DNA of 64,000 nt from Phoronis australis (taxonomy: Eukaryota > Animalia > Phoronida), in assembly GCA_002633005.1 (NCBI GenBank), contig NMRA01000342.1, positions 54,033-118,032 of the forward strand, in the 5' to 3' direction. The stretch's first letter is position 1, and each line of letters begins with the position of its first letter. This document shows, piece by piece, positions 27,185 to 40,910 of this stretch. The position numbers and the translations under genes are program-made. Under the pieces are notes generated by a model that was not told the origin of the DNA, ran no database searches, and saw only the letters and a list, made by a program, of their open reading frames with translations.

Positions 27185-28850
27185 AAACCTTCCTAAGTAG
27201 ACTGGGCCAGGTGTCACTTGGTTGTCTGCTTGGCTGACTGAGGACATTGCCTTGTACTTACATGTATATGATGGCTTCCTTGATCTTTCTCTTGGTCCAA
27301 CCGGTTTCACTGTCAAGTATTGGGATGTTATTCCACTGGATGATGTATTGTTTCGACCACATGTGTTCTGCTACTCCTGATGAGGTATTACCTTCTCTAC
27401 AACACCTCTTATGCTCAGCAATTCTTGTCTCCAGTGGTGTTAATGTTTCACCGATATACGATTCACCACATTCACATGTTATTTCATAGATGACATTTTT
27501 CTTTTTTCCCATGTCAGTTCTTGGCTTGACTTTTGTCATTCGCCGACCCAGTGTGTCTGAGCTGCGGTATAATGTTCTTATTTTAAATTCTCTACATATG
27601 CGTCCTAGCTTCTCGGTTATTCCGGGTATATACGGTAAGCACATAGTCTGCAGTGGGCGTTCTTCTGCCACTTTGTCTTTCCTCTGCGATGTTAAAGCCG
27701 ACTTGATGAAATCCCTTGGGTAGCCATTTCTTTCGAATGTCTCCGTCAGGTTGGTCATTTCTGCTTGGAGTGTTGTATCACTGCAGATTTCCTTTGATCT
27801 TGATGCAAGGCATTTGATTTTACCCTTCTTGACTCCTTTGGTGTGGTTGGAGTTGACTTACTTATAGTAGACTGACGTTGTTAACTGTCTTTCGACACGA
27901 GTCACTAGTACGTCTATGAATGGGAGACTATTATTTGTCTCTTCTTCCATTGTGAATCTAATTGTAGGCGCTATGTTATTCCGATGGTCAAGCAACTCTG
28001 ATGGATTTTCTGAGTCTTGGCTGAATATTGTGAATGTGTCATCAACGTATCGTTTCCACATCTTCGAGGGTCTGCTAGCTGAGCTGAGAGCTGTTTGTTC
28101 GAACCACTCCATGTACAAGTTAGCTAAGACTGGTGATAGTGGTGAACCCATTGCCATTCCTTGTGTCTGCTCGTAGAACTTGTCTTGGTATTGGAAGTAG
28201 GTGGTATTGACAGAGAATGTCACTAATTCCAGAATGGAGTCTGTTGGGAGGTTTACATCCTCTGATGGCTTGTGGTCATGTTCTAACTTTGACCTGAGTA
28301 ATGGGAGAACCTCTGCTGTTGGTACACATGTGAATAGGCTTTCGACATCAAAGCTCACCATGGTGTCATTTGGTGTAATGCTGACTGATGACAACATTGA
28401 CACGATGTGCTTCGAGTCCTTTACGTACGAGTCAGTTTTTTCAACTAGTGGAGATATGATGTTATTGACGAATCTAGCTAGTTGGTGGCAGGGAGAACCA
28501 ATGTTGCTTATAATTGGTCTCATCGGCATATCAGGTTTGCGTATCTTAGGTTTACCATACATGTGCGGGGCTGTTGGTTTGTTTGGGTTGATTCTCTGGA
28601 GTGTGTCACGTGAACCTTCTACAGTTTTCAGGAGGGATTTGATTTTTCTTTTTACGCTCTTGGTCTTGTCAGATTTTACTTCCTTGTGATGCCCGCTAGA
28701 TAGTAGATCAGTCATCTTCTTGTTGTAGTCATCCTTATTAAGTACTACTGTTGCATTGCCTTTGTCAGCTTGTAGGATGATGATGTTTTCATCCCGGGAT
28801 AGGCTACGTAGGGCCATGTCATCACACCTGTTTAAGTTGTTCCTTGCAAA
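27185..28850 (-). mobile_element. Penelope-like retroelement (RT + GIY-YIG endonuclease), 5'-truncated and inactivated
   Basis: PLE motifs ADKG, YGKPKIRK..PMRPII, SFDVESLFT, GMAMGSPLSPVLANLYME, RYVDD, then NVIYEITCECGESYIGET and VAEH. The two track ORFs are in one frame separated by a TAA at 27858-27860, where the usual PTHTxxYL stretch is missing. Confidence 0.95.
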
Positions 28851-28925
28851 AATGGTACTTGATAAGGATGACTACAACAGGAAGATGACTGATCTACTAC
28901 CTAGCGGGCAATTCAAGGAAGTAAC

Positions 28926-29375
28926 AAGATTATGGTTGACTGCCCCGATGACGTCATAAAGCATTACTGGGAGTTGGAAACTATTGGAATCGACGAGCCC
29001 ACATGTTGCGACACAGAATTGTCATCATTCGACAGTTACCGGAAAACGCTACTACGCGATGACGTCACGGTACTGTACATCGCGACCCTACCATGGAAAC
29101 AAGACCACGAACCCTTGCCTACCAATTACGCAACACTCGCACTATGATCAAACGATTCACATCTGAGAATTTACATCATTATGACAACATAATACGAGAT
29201 CAACTACAACGCAAATTCATTGAAGAAGTCCACAACGACGATCCAACCACAAGTCATTATTTACCACATCACCCGGCACAAAAGGACTCAACCACAGCAC
29301 CTTTCCGGATAGTATGCGACTGCAGATTAAAGACCAACTCAGTTTCAACCAATGCCTGGACACTGGTGAGGATTA
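28926..29375 (+). mobile_element. Inverted duplicate of BEL segment about 31000-31450
   Basis: YWELETIGIDEPTCCDT...LPWK...YLPHHP is the reverse-complement homolog of about 31000-31450. Confidence 0.9.
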
Positions 29376-32190
29376 TACCATCAGTGTCCAAGAATAGATT
29401 TAATTGTTTGACAAGTGGCGCCTTTGATTTTGAATTTGGCTTCAGTTCTTGAAGTTCACTATAGAGTAGTACTCCGACTGTGCATTTAATCCACAGTAAA
29501 CTAGCTTGTTGCAGTTCCTTAACAATAACATAATTTGACGTGTTACGTACACGTCTAGTGAACCGCATAACATATGCTCTTACACGCAATAACTTGTTCA
29601 GCGTGGCACATCTGTTGATGTCCGATATGTTGTTCATTCCAATTTCGTCTGGCGATCCCAATAATGATGTGTTGATAGCTGCTAAAGGGTTGTCGCAGGT
29701 GCAATCCACATTTTCCCAAGACTCGCAAGTCGTTGTCAACACTGCAGTGAGTGGCAAATCGCCAAGCGTTAGCCATGATGGCCCGTGCCACCATAACGTA
29801 GATTTCTTCAGTTGATCAATAGTAATACCTCTAGTTAATAAATCCGCTGGATTGTCTTTGGTGGGGCAGTAATTTATAGAGTCAAACTTGGCAGATTTGA
29901 CTTCACAGACCCGGTTCTGAAAAAATATTGGTAATTGTTTCGTTCCTGTGATCCAATGGATTGCTATTTGACTGTCTAGCCAGAGAACCCGTTTGGTGAT
30001 GTTTAGCGAACTAGCAATAGATGCGGATACATAGTTTGCTAGCCTGGCTCCAACTAAAGCCGACATTAGTTCCAAGCGTGGGATGGTGATTTGTTTCAAT
30101 GTTTTAACACGCGTTTTGGCCATTATGATTGATGATTCTTCCTTTGTCGTGAGAAAACAGGCAGCTCCATATGCATCACTGCTGCTGTCCTAAAACATGT
30201 GCAGTTCGACGTCGTTGGATTCTTCGTTGAAATATCGACGATTACATGTTGTCGTACGAGCTTTTTGTAGGTCGGCGTTTAATGTTCGCCATTCTTCTGT
30301 TAATGATGCTGGCAGTTCGTCATCCCAACGGTAATTTTCTATCCACAGTTTTTGAATGAATATTTTAATCCGAACGTGCACGGACGACAGGACTCCGAGA
30401 GGGTCGAATAGCGATGATGTTGCACTTAAAACATCTTGTTTTGTTGGGGTGGTAGCGTCCAAAGGATGTGATGTGAATTTGTTCTCCTAAAACAATTCAT
30501 CGGTGGTGGTGTCCCATCGCATTCCTAGCAAATTGACTGTGGGGTTACTGTCTTATATGTTATCCTTAATAACCAGACTCCTTATTCGAGGGTCATTGGC
30601 AGCCCAAGAGCGTAAATGGAAGCCAGCTATGCCAAGTACCTCGTTGATTTCTGTGTAGTATTGGTTTGCTTTGCCTCGGGGAATGCTGCGTGCAATATTG
30701 TCAACATAAACATCATTAGTCACGTTGGTGAATGATGGTTTGTTTTCAATGTCCAAGTGATGTTTTAGCACCGAGTTTAGAATGAACGGTGAGAACGATG
30801 ATCCAAACAGTACAGAAGTGAAGCGTAGAACTTTGAAGTCACTGTTCCGATCGTGTGGATTGGACAGTCAGAGAAATTTGATGTAATTTCGGTCCTCCTA
30901 AGCTAACTTAACGTCGAGGAATGCCTTTTCAATGTCGCTTGTTTTGTGTACTCGGAAGAGTAGGAGAATACGAAATGCGATGTCTCCAAGCAGACATTCA
31001 CCTGTGTCCAGGCATTGGTTGAGACTGGGTTGGCCTTTCATTGAAGCGCTGCAGTCGTTTACTATCCCGATAGGTGTTGTGGTTGAGTCCTTTTGTACCG
31101 GGTGATGTGGTAAATAATGACCTGTGGTTGGATCGTCGTTGTGGACTTCTTCAATGAATTTGCGTTGTAGTTGTCCTTGTATAATGTTGTCATAATGCTG
31201 AAAATTCTCATGTGTGAATCGTTTGATCATAGCGCGAGTTCTGTGGTGTGCCATTACGTAATTGGTAGAAAAGGGATCGTGGTCTTGTTTCCATGGTAGG
31301 GTCGCGATGTACAGTACCGTGACGTCATCGCGTAGTAGGGTTTTCCGGTAACTGTCGAATGATGACAATTTTGTGTCACAACATGTGGGCTCGTCGATTC
31401 CACTTGTTTCCAACTCTCAGTAATGCTTTGTGATGGCATCGGGGTTGTCAATGATAACCTTGAAAGAGGCTCATGTATTCAAGTGAGTCGGCAAGTGGGT
31501 GGGGCCGGAAAGCATGTATTCAAATTTGGTTTGGACGGCCGTTGGTCCATTGCCGCGAATGACGTGACCGCAGACAATGGTCCAGTAGAAATCAGCGCCA
31601 ATCAGGATGTCAATGTCGAATGCCGAACTGCTCACATGGTTGGCCAGGGCCCGGTCTCTAATCTTTGTACTGGAAACGAACTCGAAACTATTTTTGGCAA
31701 TTTCCCTGCTCCTTTTGTGCGAACTTAAGATAATCGGTTATCAGACTGTGCTCGAATACATTATAGTTTATGCATAGGAGTTTCTAGTTCAAGTTTGCCC
31801 TTGAACACACTTATATTCGTGCTACAAAATCGAGTAAAAACTCGAAATTTCGAGTTCAAACTCGAACTTATTGCTTTAATATTGGGCTTACAAACTGGGA
31901 AGTAAGGGCAATAAATTATCTACGTAAGTTATTGTGTACTCGAGCTTAGAACAATAGACACTTATCTTGAGTTCGCCCAATAGTAGAGTGGAAAGTGCCA
32001 AACATAATTTCGAGTTCCATTTCGAGTAAAAGGATTGGAGACCGGGCCCTGATCTAGTTGTTGTAGATACGGGTGTGCTGTCACCGTGAGCGGTACGTAA
32101 TTTCTCATAGGAGTGGAGGTTGGAATGATGAGTGTAGGAATCTCAATCGGTCCATCCCTTGAGTGCAGGCTGATTGATGTTACTGGTGTA
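29376..32190 (-). mobile_element. BEL/Pao LTR retrotransposon remnant (protease, RT, RNase H), frameshifted
   Basis: IDILIGADFYW..GPTAVQTK (protease region), LPWK, YLPHHPV, DIEKAFL, VYVDN, FDPLG, WDDELP, TIPRLEL, DSQI, NPADLLTRG, LWWHGPSWL. Confidence 0.95.
31648..32048. mobile_element. PIF/Harbinger-like MITE inserted in the BEL protease region (homolog about 61690-62067)
   Basis: GGCCCGGTCTC...GAGACCGGGCC termini, long imperfect internal palindrome, CAG/CTG 3-bp flanks. Interrupts BEL coding (YLQQLD|LANHV). Confidence 0.8.
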
Positions 32191-33295
32191 GATTGAATTC
32201 ATAGCTAAATGTATGTTTAAAAAACTTTAATTGTATTTTCAGGCGATACACTGATTGAATGTCCACAAGACTATGAAGTCTGGAAACTTTTAAGATAAAG
32301 GAAAATTTTCCAAACTATGCCATGACACTCATAGTGATGATGACAATACGACAGTCTCCATAGAGGTGGGAAAAGAGTCATTGGGATCTGTTTGTGATGC
32401 TCAAAGTGATGATAGCAGGACATTTGATAATGGCGTAGCGAAATTACCAGGATCTGGCCTTACTAGTGATAGTGACAATGAATATTTTAATGATGTTTTT
32501 TGTGTCTTAAGCTATATAGTGCCACCTTCGTTCCCTAGGCTCTTCATCATCACCATAATCACTTCAGAACCTGAGTTTTGTTAATTAGACAATACAGTCA
32601 AATGGCATTGCAGTTTTTGCAGTTTAAACATCTTTAAAAATAACTGCTTTCAGTTATTGAGAATTGTAGTCACTATGTTTTAGAGATTTTGTATGAAGAA
32701 AGCAAACACGACTTAATCTAAAACTATAAAATTTTCGTTAATTACATTTTTAGTGGTAATTGTTACTAAGATGGTCGTATTATAAAATTGTGGTGACTGG
32801 AAGTCTGCTAAGATGCGCAGGATAAAACTGTTTACATGCATATCACAAGCATTGTTTCTATGCATGTATATGTATCCTCTATTTTTGGTGCCCATCACTT
32901 GATTTTAATTATATTTTGTGTATTCATAGTTCACTATGTGTAAGATCAATAAATGATTAAATGTTCATCTGAGAGAGTTTTTGTTAGCGAATTAAGCAAG
33001 AATGCCATTCACAATGGTGTCAACGTATTTGTAGAAGTGTATTTGTATCAAAGGTATTAACTTACACCGTAGAGCCTGACACAGATATTGTCATCTGCTC
33101 ACGTTTCAGAATAATAAACAATTAAAAGCATCCCACATTTCTAAGTTTGAAAGTGGTAAAATCTGTTGTGGACACATACATGTTATTAAAGTGGTCTTTG
33201 GAGGAGTGTATTTTGGCACATAAACCGAATGTGACACATATGTACATGCAGTTGCAGGGCTTGTATATTGGGTGGATTGTAAGAACAGTGGAAAA

Positions 33296-33690
33296 CCGGG
33301 ATATATAATGTAGTGGGGCATATATCTAATGGGACATATAAAGTTGCGGGATATATATTGTATACACCTAACGGGACATATATACTTGCGGGATATATAT
33401 AGTGCTTGAGCATACACCTAGTGAGGTATATATAATTGCGGGATATATATTATATATACCCCCAGAACAAGGTCTCAAAAGTTTACCCCATTTCAAGGTT
33501 TCAGATAATAACCCCATATCTGCATGCAAACATGTATGCGTATGTATATGCCCCGGAACAATATATATCCCGCAACTATACATACCTCACTATGTATATT
33601 CCCCAGTGCAATATATAGCCCGCAAGTATATTTGTCCCGTTAGGTGTATACAATATATAGCCCGCTACTTTATAGCAAAGCTGCCCCCAC
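33296..33690. repeat. Foldback-like palindrome built from GCGGG(A/C)TATATA subrepeats
   Basis: Tandem units of about 40-50 bp on the left arm are mirrored on the right arm. Confidence 0.75.
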
Positions 33691-36600
33691 GCAAAAACTG
33701 ATCGTGGGCATTTAGAAGACTCCATGCCCTTGAAATCAACACAACAAAATTTGTCAGCCCTTCATCCAGGCTTAATAATAGGTGTCTGAATTTCACTATT
33801 TTCAGACCGCACATTTATGTATTTGTGATGTTAAACCAGTCACTAGTTGTGCGTCGTGCGTACGCATCAACATGCCGTGGTATAACACAACAGTTAGCAA
33901 AATTGGTTAGCTAAAATGTTTTTAATTAATCTTAAGCACTCAAGTAGTTCCCACTAAAATATAAAATTATATTAGATTTGTTCATCTAACCAAACTAAAG
34001 CATACACTCTGCGTTAGTTCAATAATGGCTGATCAAAAGTGCAGGCTTGTGAATCTGGCGCTGCCAAATGCATCAAATGTGGTACTTTTACAAACTGCCG
34101 AGAGAAAAACTTTGAAAACTATTAAGAGAGGTACAAGGAACTTAGCGAGACTTTTGAGAACCTTAGGAGTGAGGGGAGGTGACGTGAAGGAGGTTGAACG
34201 TGTCCTCTCAAGTAGTCTGTCTGCCTCGCAGAGGTGCAGCAGGAGCTAGATAATCTACGGTAGTACATGCAGATTCACTTGCATCGATAGAACCCTCGAC
34301 ATGTATTGGTGTTGCCAAAGACAATGAGTAGGCTAAATCCAGTGCACACAAGAGCGGAAATTCGACAGAGGTCTGAAAAATGACCAAGGACGTAAATCGA
34401 GATTCAACGTCCTGCTTCAACTGTGTGAACTCAGGTACGAATTACCAAACTGCAGGGTATGACCCTGAGGAATATTTTTAGGAGCAAGTCATTCATGCAT
34501 AAATACTTTTATTGACGCACCGTGATTGCTTATAACTTGGGTCTTGGTGCTTGATGATATTTTATTTCAAATGTCTTCGAAGTATATCCACTGTATTGTT
34601 ACACAACGGCTGTATGACTACAGAGATCAACAACTGGTCAATAGGAATGCCATACCAACAGTATCCTGATTAATATGTTTGGTTAAGTCCATCAGTTCTG
34701 TTACGCGCGTAGGACTGCAGCAAGTACCTGATATCACAGAACTGTTGTCCAGCGCTGTCATTCGGTTGTGGTCTTCGAATCTTTCTCTGTGGTTCCAATA
34801 ACGATAAGCGCTTAATGGCCAGTATGTTTACACAGAAAATAGGTGGTCATCATAACTTTTCATGATATCCACCAAATGTGTTTAAACATTTTACATGACT
34901 TTAAGGTTATAAAAAACCAGGTTGGTGGTGAACTAGGGTGGGGACATCTTGTACGGTTGCATTGGGTATTTTACACGGTTTTGCTAGAAATGCTTAGCAA
35001 ATACATAGTAAACAGGGGTTGTTACTCAAGCACGCTAGAGCAACCACCTCTATCAAGGCTCTGTTTTTATTTTGGTTGATCCCTATAGCCTATGACTGTA
35101 AACGTGTAAAAAGCATATTTCCAATACAGCTGATGGAATACAACTATGATTTTTCAAGGATATGCAGAAGCTGCCAGACAAAACAGGCTGACTTAATGTG
35201 GGTACTTTGGGATTCTTCTTCTGTGGTCACCCGCGGGAAACCTGGTTGTATAGAGAGATTTGCATCTTCATAGTTCCCGTTGTTATAATAAACATACTGT
35301 AATGTATTTATCGGTAACGGTCTGATATACGCCCATGGTTCTATACCCATGTGACCCACGTTGTTACATGTATATCCAACTGTTACGGGGAGATTTGTGC
35401 AGGATGAATATGTCATTTATTTATCATTAAAATATGATACAGATACAGTAAAACTTGGGTTAGCTATGTACATCATAATAATATTGTATGAGAAGTATTA
35501 GTATTGAAGTAAGTATATAGTGGTTGTTGTGTAGCTAATTAAGGATATTAGTTGTTTACTGAAATTTATCGCCTCCTATCAGTGCATAGGAAAGGAATCA
35601 GCATATTTGTCTCTAACCATGTGTTTATGTTATGCTAGCAAGAGTTGTGTAACTTTAAAAGGAATTGGTCGACTTTGGGGTGAGCGCATCTGGCAACACC
35701 AATAGTCTTGTTACTATTCATAAGAAATTACTTAAAGGTTTGTCTGTCCTTGACCACATTTGGCGAAAGCTTAGGTTCATAGTTGGAATCCAATGATGTT
35801 GTTCCGAGAGTTGTTTTGGAACTATGAGTACATTTCGATGAAGTTTGTGGGTTTTATGTTTTGGTCTAACTCGCTCACCATTATTCTGCTTGAGTATAAG
35901 TATACTGTTAGTTGCTCAAGAAGGCATATTTCCTATGAGAGGCAACCAGATTGGTATAGAGGTATCAGATATTTCTTGGAGAGAGGCAACCAGCTTGCTA
36001 GAGAGGTATCGCAGATATTCCTGAAGAGATACTACTGGTTTGCTGAGAAATATCACAAGTTATAGAAATTCGATGGACTGAATGTCAATCCGATGCATGT
36101 AGCAGAAATTCGATGAACTGGATTTGATAGGATTACATTGTATCTAGAATTCGATGGACTGAATTCGATATGTTGTACGATGGATTGAACTTCATGGTTA
36201 TTCAGAAACATTTCATCAGGTGAAGACGGCTTGGAAGACTGGATCGAATGATCAAAAGAAGAGGAAACTCCTAATAACAAATGTAACACTGGATCCAAGG
36301 CCGACGCCAACAACGGGAAACGTGATCACAGACTGATAAAACTAACCTTCTTTGCAAATTTTTATGATTGTTCACTTATGGAAATTCAAACATTTAGACA
36401 ATATACTCAGTATTACATCCAAATCAAATTGTGTTGTTTCAACAGCCCACCGGCAAGATATTCACAACGTGCTCTTACCATCACACCTTTCATTTCTTCA
36501 GCTCTCATTGATTCGAGTTCATCCTGCAGATCAGACAGTCTTCTGTCCAATAAAGCGGGTCAAATGTTAAGTGCAAAAGTGATTTTTAAGCTACAGATTT

Positions 36601-36939
36601 CATAATCACGGATATGATTTTCATTCATAAATGAAGTTCAGTCACAAAATTTGGGGTCGTGAAGTGCAGTTTTCAATTAACTTTCAGAATTTTTCCATCA
36701 GCTCGTACTTACATGTACATGATGTAGTAGGGAGACCGTTCATATTTATGGCGATTCAGCTAATTGCCAGTCAAATTCTATTGATCATATGAGTGTGACC
36801 CAAAAAGCACCGTAATGACCCGAAACCGGTCAAGGAGTGCATTCCATCAAAATGCTTCTTCCTCTACAGGTTTTTAGATAGACTCTTCGAATTGTGTTAA
36901 CATGTACTGTAGGTTCTGGAGACGTACACCTGAAATTCA

Positions 36940-37223
36940 CGTGGAATATCAATCGGATCAAGGGATCCGAGTTTCCGGGTCCAATGTCATCAAGTGCAAA
37001 AGTGTTTTTTGAACTAGAACTTTCATAATCACGTGGTTTCCATTCAGAAAGGAAGTTCAAGCAGTTTATCGTTAAATCCGCCATCTTATTGGTCCCATCA
37101 CGTGACCTAAAGAATATAAGTCCGGAAAGATTTCTGCCCCTCACCGGGACTCGGACCCAGTACCTTCTGCTAACCTTGCAGACGCTCTAGCCACTGAGCC
37201 AACGGAACCACTGGATAAACAAA
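36940..37223 (-). mobile_element. tRNA-derived SINE
   Basis: Head GGTTCCGTTGGCTCAGTGGCTAGAGCG...GGTCCGAGTCC (A and B boxes) at 37136-37210. Flanked by GAAATTCA direct repeats and absent from the duplicate near 44660. Confidence 0.75.
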
Positions 37224-37232
37224 GAAATTCAA

Positions 37233-37390
37233 CCAGCCTCCCGTTCAGTAACGCTAGGACCTCGCTAAAAAGCAAGACTTCGCGAGATTTCGTGAGATAT
37301 TGTCGTGCACTGTAAATGAGAACGCGTGACTTTGACTAGGTTTTAGCTAGGTCTTAGTTTATGTCCTAGCGTCTACTGAACGCACGCCAG
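37233..37390 (-). mobile_element. MITE family 1 copy
   Basis: Reverse complement of 50568-50727; absent from duplication copy 2. Confidence 0.85.
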
Positions 37391-40081
37391 AATTAGTAGT
37401 GGGCATGTTATCCGTGTTCTCCTTTGTCTACAAATATATATTGGATTATTCCACGCCTCACTGAAAAAGATTTATTAGTACACATAGGAAAATCATTCAC
37501 AGAATTTGGAGTCATTGGGTGCAACTTTGGGCTCATTAAGTGCAATTTTATGTTAAATTTCAGACTATTTCAGTCAGCTCCTACTTGCATGTTGTATTTG
37601 AGAGATCGTTCATATCCATGTTGCCTCAACCAATTGCCAATCAAACAGTATTGATAATATGGGAATGACCCAAAATGCAATATAGGATTGCGGTTAGCGA
37701 ACTTTTTATTCCTCTCTTCACACTCGCCCGCCAATTTTTCGCTCCCCGGACCACCGCATAGGTGGATCCACGATTTTCACTTGGGGGCCATGACAGAGTA
37801 TTAGCCAGGACTTTGCCCATAAGACATTCACACCTCCGAACTGCCAAACGGAAGCTGCGAGAATCTCAGGAGGGATATGACTTCCTAGGCTTCCTCCAAA
37901 TCTGCCACTGCACGGTTCTCGTAAAATGTTCAGACTCCAATAGAAACAATCTTGTTCCGACTCAAGCGGGCAATTAAAAGCAAAATTATTCCTGTGACTA
38001 AAAATGGTACAGTGTACTAGGTGGTAACGATACCCAGAAAGTCAGCCCTACTAGATGGAGTTTGCCTCGCAAAATCGTATCACAATAACATGTCTTACCA
38101 TTTCGGCCTTTCAATGTCTTATTACCGAAAACACTTGGGTTAACGGCTATGTTCACGCATAATCCTACGTTCTACCTTTGAAGTGTTTCATAATAAGCGC
38201 TCTCTGCTCTACTAAGCGTTCAGCCTCAACTTTTGCGCCCACAGTTCAGGCTAACGCCCATTATAGAGCACTACAAACGACCGCGCCTGGTCTGAAATTG
38301 ACACGCAGTCTATATATAGTGAGTCATTCTCGTTTTACAAAACAACAAATTTAGTTTTTTTCTCAATATGTGAAAACCAAACCACGGCTTTGTTTTATAC
38401 CCTCGAAAGAACGTTAACACTAGTAACGCACGTGTAGTTTTATGACTGGCCTATTTTTTCCGTACATGGAAGGTATTGAGGAGCAAACTCGAATTACCCG
38501 ATGGGAATTCGCAGAGTCGGGAATTATTTCGAGGCTATTCATTTCATGGAACAGTAATTGTTTAGTATGTGAATAGCATAAGTCCCACAATTTTGTTGTG
38601 ATATTTGCCCTCAATTGTTTCCACGCCTCCATATACGTACGTCATTCGGTTAGGGCATCGTTTCACGGAATTTTTTCAACAGCATGTTTTTCAAACGTCG
38701 AGTTAAATTGCAAAATTTGGGCTGTGAACAAAAAAATGGAGGTAGTTGGCACTCCGAGTTTGCTTGGATTTTTAATGACTTTGATTACAGCCATATACCC
38801 TGTAGCAGGTCAGACATAGCAAACTCGTGGATACTTTTTCAACGGATATTTTCTCCGTTTTCACATTGCAAACTTTGCTACTCGAAAGCACGTGTCGGTT
38901 AGAGAGCACTGACTCAACTTTCACACCGGCAACTAGACTTGCGCTCTAGAGCCTTTCAATAGCGGTGGTGAAAAATGAGTAACGCGACTTTAATGGCATC
39001 GAGCTCTGCATATCAAAATGAATAGTGACCCAAATTCCAGCCAATAAGATCAGTGTATGCCTTGGATCACGAATTCACCGCAAGGTTAAAAATGCAAATG
39101 TTTTACTGACAAGCGAATAGTTAAACACTGAATCTTCGAGGAAATCTAAGTTCTTTTGAAGGGCTCGATTTCCGTTATTCGCGTATCATTAGTGAAGATA
39201 ACTTTTTTCATGCAATCATAATTTTGAAGTATGAAGGATAATACGTAATGTGTAATTCGAATGTGACATGTGTGACACTAAGTTCTACACTTCCAATGCA
39301 AGGACTTCCAACCTTGTTTGGATTCAAGCTCAGTTTCTGACTATAAGGCGACATGGAGAAATGTGATGTTGTACGCTATTCCCGAACGCAAAAATAACAA
39401 AAAATCATAGCAAAATCAACATTTCTAACCTAACGTACGTGTTATTTGAAAAAAAAAATAATTTTCAAATTTGTTATAAGTTAGTAGCTGTCGCAAACTA
39501 ACTACTGTTCTACGGCTTTGTTGAGAAACTGTGTCGAGCCCTTTTCAACAGATGTTGCTTTTGTGCTCTCACATCGCTATTTGAGCAGTACATGTATGTT
39601 GAGTGCTCATGTTGATTATTCCTTGCAAATTACAAACTGCATATTTCTGAGGCAAAACAAAATTAAACACCAGATGTCCAACAAAAGAAAGGGGACATCG
39701 TTAAATTGTTTGGGGTTTGGCGAAACAGTTTGATTCGCCCATCGTGTAACGAACGTAGTGTAAACTGGTGACACCTATGTCTGGAGCCTGTGTGTTTGAG
39801 ATTTTGGGTGATCTGCTCAAATCCAGCAAATTTGCATTTTGCGGCTGCTGTTCTGCGTTAGTACACGGTAGCGAGGCAGTTGTATGATTTTGATTAATGA
39901 GTGGTCTCTCTGTTCAGTTTACTCAGTACCGCACGCATTTTTCCCCTTGAGTTTATCCATCAGTGTAGCGTTAAAGTGGACCCTGAACCATGCCTCTGCT
40001 TATGACACCGAGAAGCACGTGTTCCCGCTGATGCAACAGTAACGCCATCTGTGCTTTACTGTCGTGCTATCGAACCACCAG

Positions 40082-40230
40082 GGCCCAGTTGCATAAAAGT
40101 TATACGCGGTATAGCAGCAATGATGGCGCATTATCCCGCGTCACGTTGCTATTGTTGAACAATTCACCTGACGTCATGTAACAATCAACTTATCCAGCAG
40201 ATAACTTTTGATGCCTTATGCAACTCAGTC
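40082..40230. mobile_element. PIF/Harbinger-like MITE (homologs 43177-43374 and 62412-62578)
   Basis: GGCCCAGTTGCATAA...TTATGCAACTCAGTC, TSD CAG; empty site near 48040. Confidence 0.8.
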
Positions 40231-40743
40231 CAGATTTACTTTCGCTTTGATGCGCGAGTATTCGTGAAACCTACTATAGTCTATGGTGAAACTATAATGT
40301 AGTAAGCCTGTACTTCTAGTAAGCATAATCATTATTTCGTTTCTTAGTTTGATTAGTTCCTGTTAAAGTGATATACCTATGCTGGATTCAAAGAACTGAC
40401 CAATCACAACACGTCAATTTTAAGTTTTAACTCTGTCATAAAATTCGATGGAAACGTTATGGAATCTATTTAACTCAGTTTTATCAGATATTATTTGTCG
40501 CAGGTGAGAATCAACCATTTGCTTCCACGACTTGATAACCAGCAATGCCCATTAGGTGTGTTACCTAGGCAACATCTTGTGAGTATGGTGTGTGATCACC
40601 AGTTTTATTTCACACTCTCGAGTGTGAAGACACACGCATTGAGTTTTGAAATCAATGCAGCTTGAATACCAAACGAGTGACATAATAAGTTCCTGTCAAG
40701 GTTTATCTCATGGGGAAATACATACTTCAGTTTACAAGTCATA

Positions 40744-40910
40744 TCAGTTTTGAGGTCGGCCAGGGGCTCCTCTGTGACCCTTAAACAACAATTCCCGTAG
40801 TTCCTCCCGTCTCCAAGCCCTCTGCTCACGATCAAGGAAACTGTTTGCTTCTTCTTCGTAGAGCGAGTGCCCGGCACTCAACATCCCCTCAGGATCGCTT
40901 GGTTCATTGG
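40744..40910 (-). CDS. Gene B coding exon 2: (A)NEPSDPEGMLSAGHSLYEEEANSFLDREQR|AWRREELRELLFKGHRGAPGRPQN*
   Basis: Acceptor tctcttactttattcag, phase 1, TGA at 40744-40746. AATAAA on the minus strand at 40604-40609. Homologous to gene A exon 2. Confidence 0.85.

Noticed and set aside
28201-28689. 162-aa plus-strand ORF
   Set aside because: Antisense shadow of the PLE reverse transcriptase.
32244-32500. Acidic possible exon after a ttttcag acceptor
   Set aside because: Early stops after the acceptor, and no partner exon or recognisable domain.
34200-35300. Possible decayed LINE coding sequence
   Set aside because: Only scattered motif-like words; cannot be supported without alignment.
35930-36190. 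Short imperfect repeats with intervening sequence (AGAAATTCGATGGACTG), superficially CRISPR-like
   Set aside because: Only 2-3 degenerate units, eukaryotic context, no cas genes.
37136-37210. Functional tRNA gene
   Set aside because: Acceptor stem does not pair and it lies within a TSD-flanked insertion, so it is a SINE head.
39518-39733. ORF duplicated at 47483-47698
   Set aside because: Explained by the segmental duplication; non-ATG start and no protein features.
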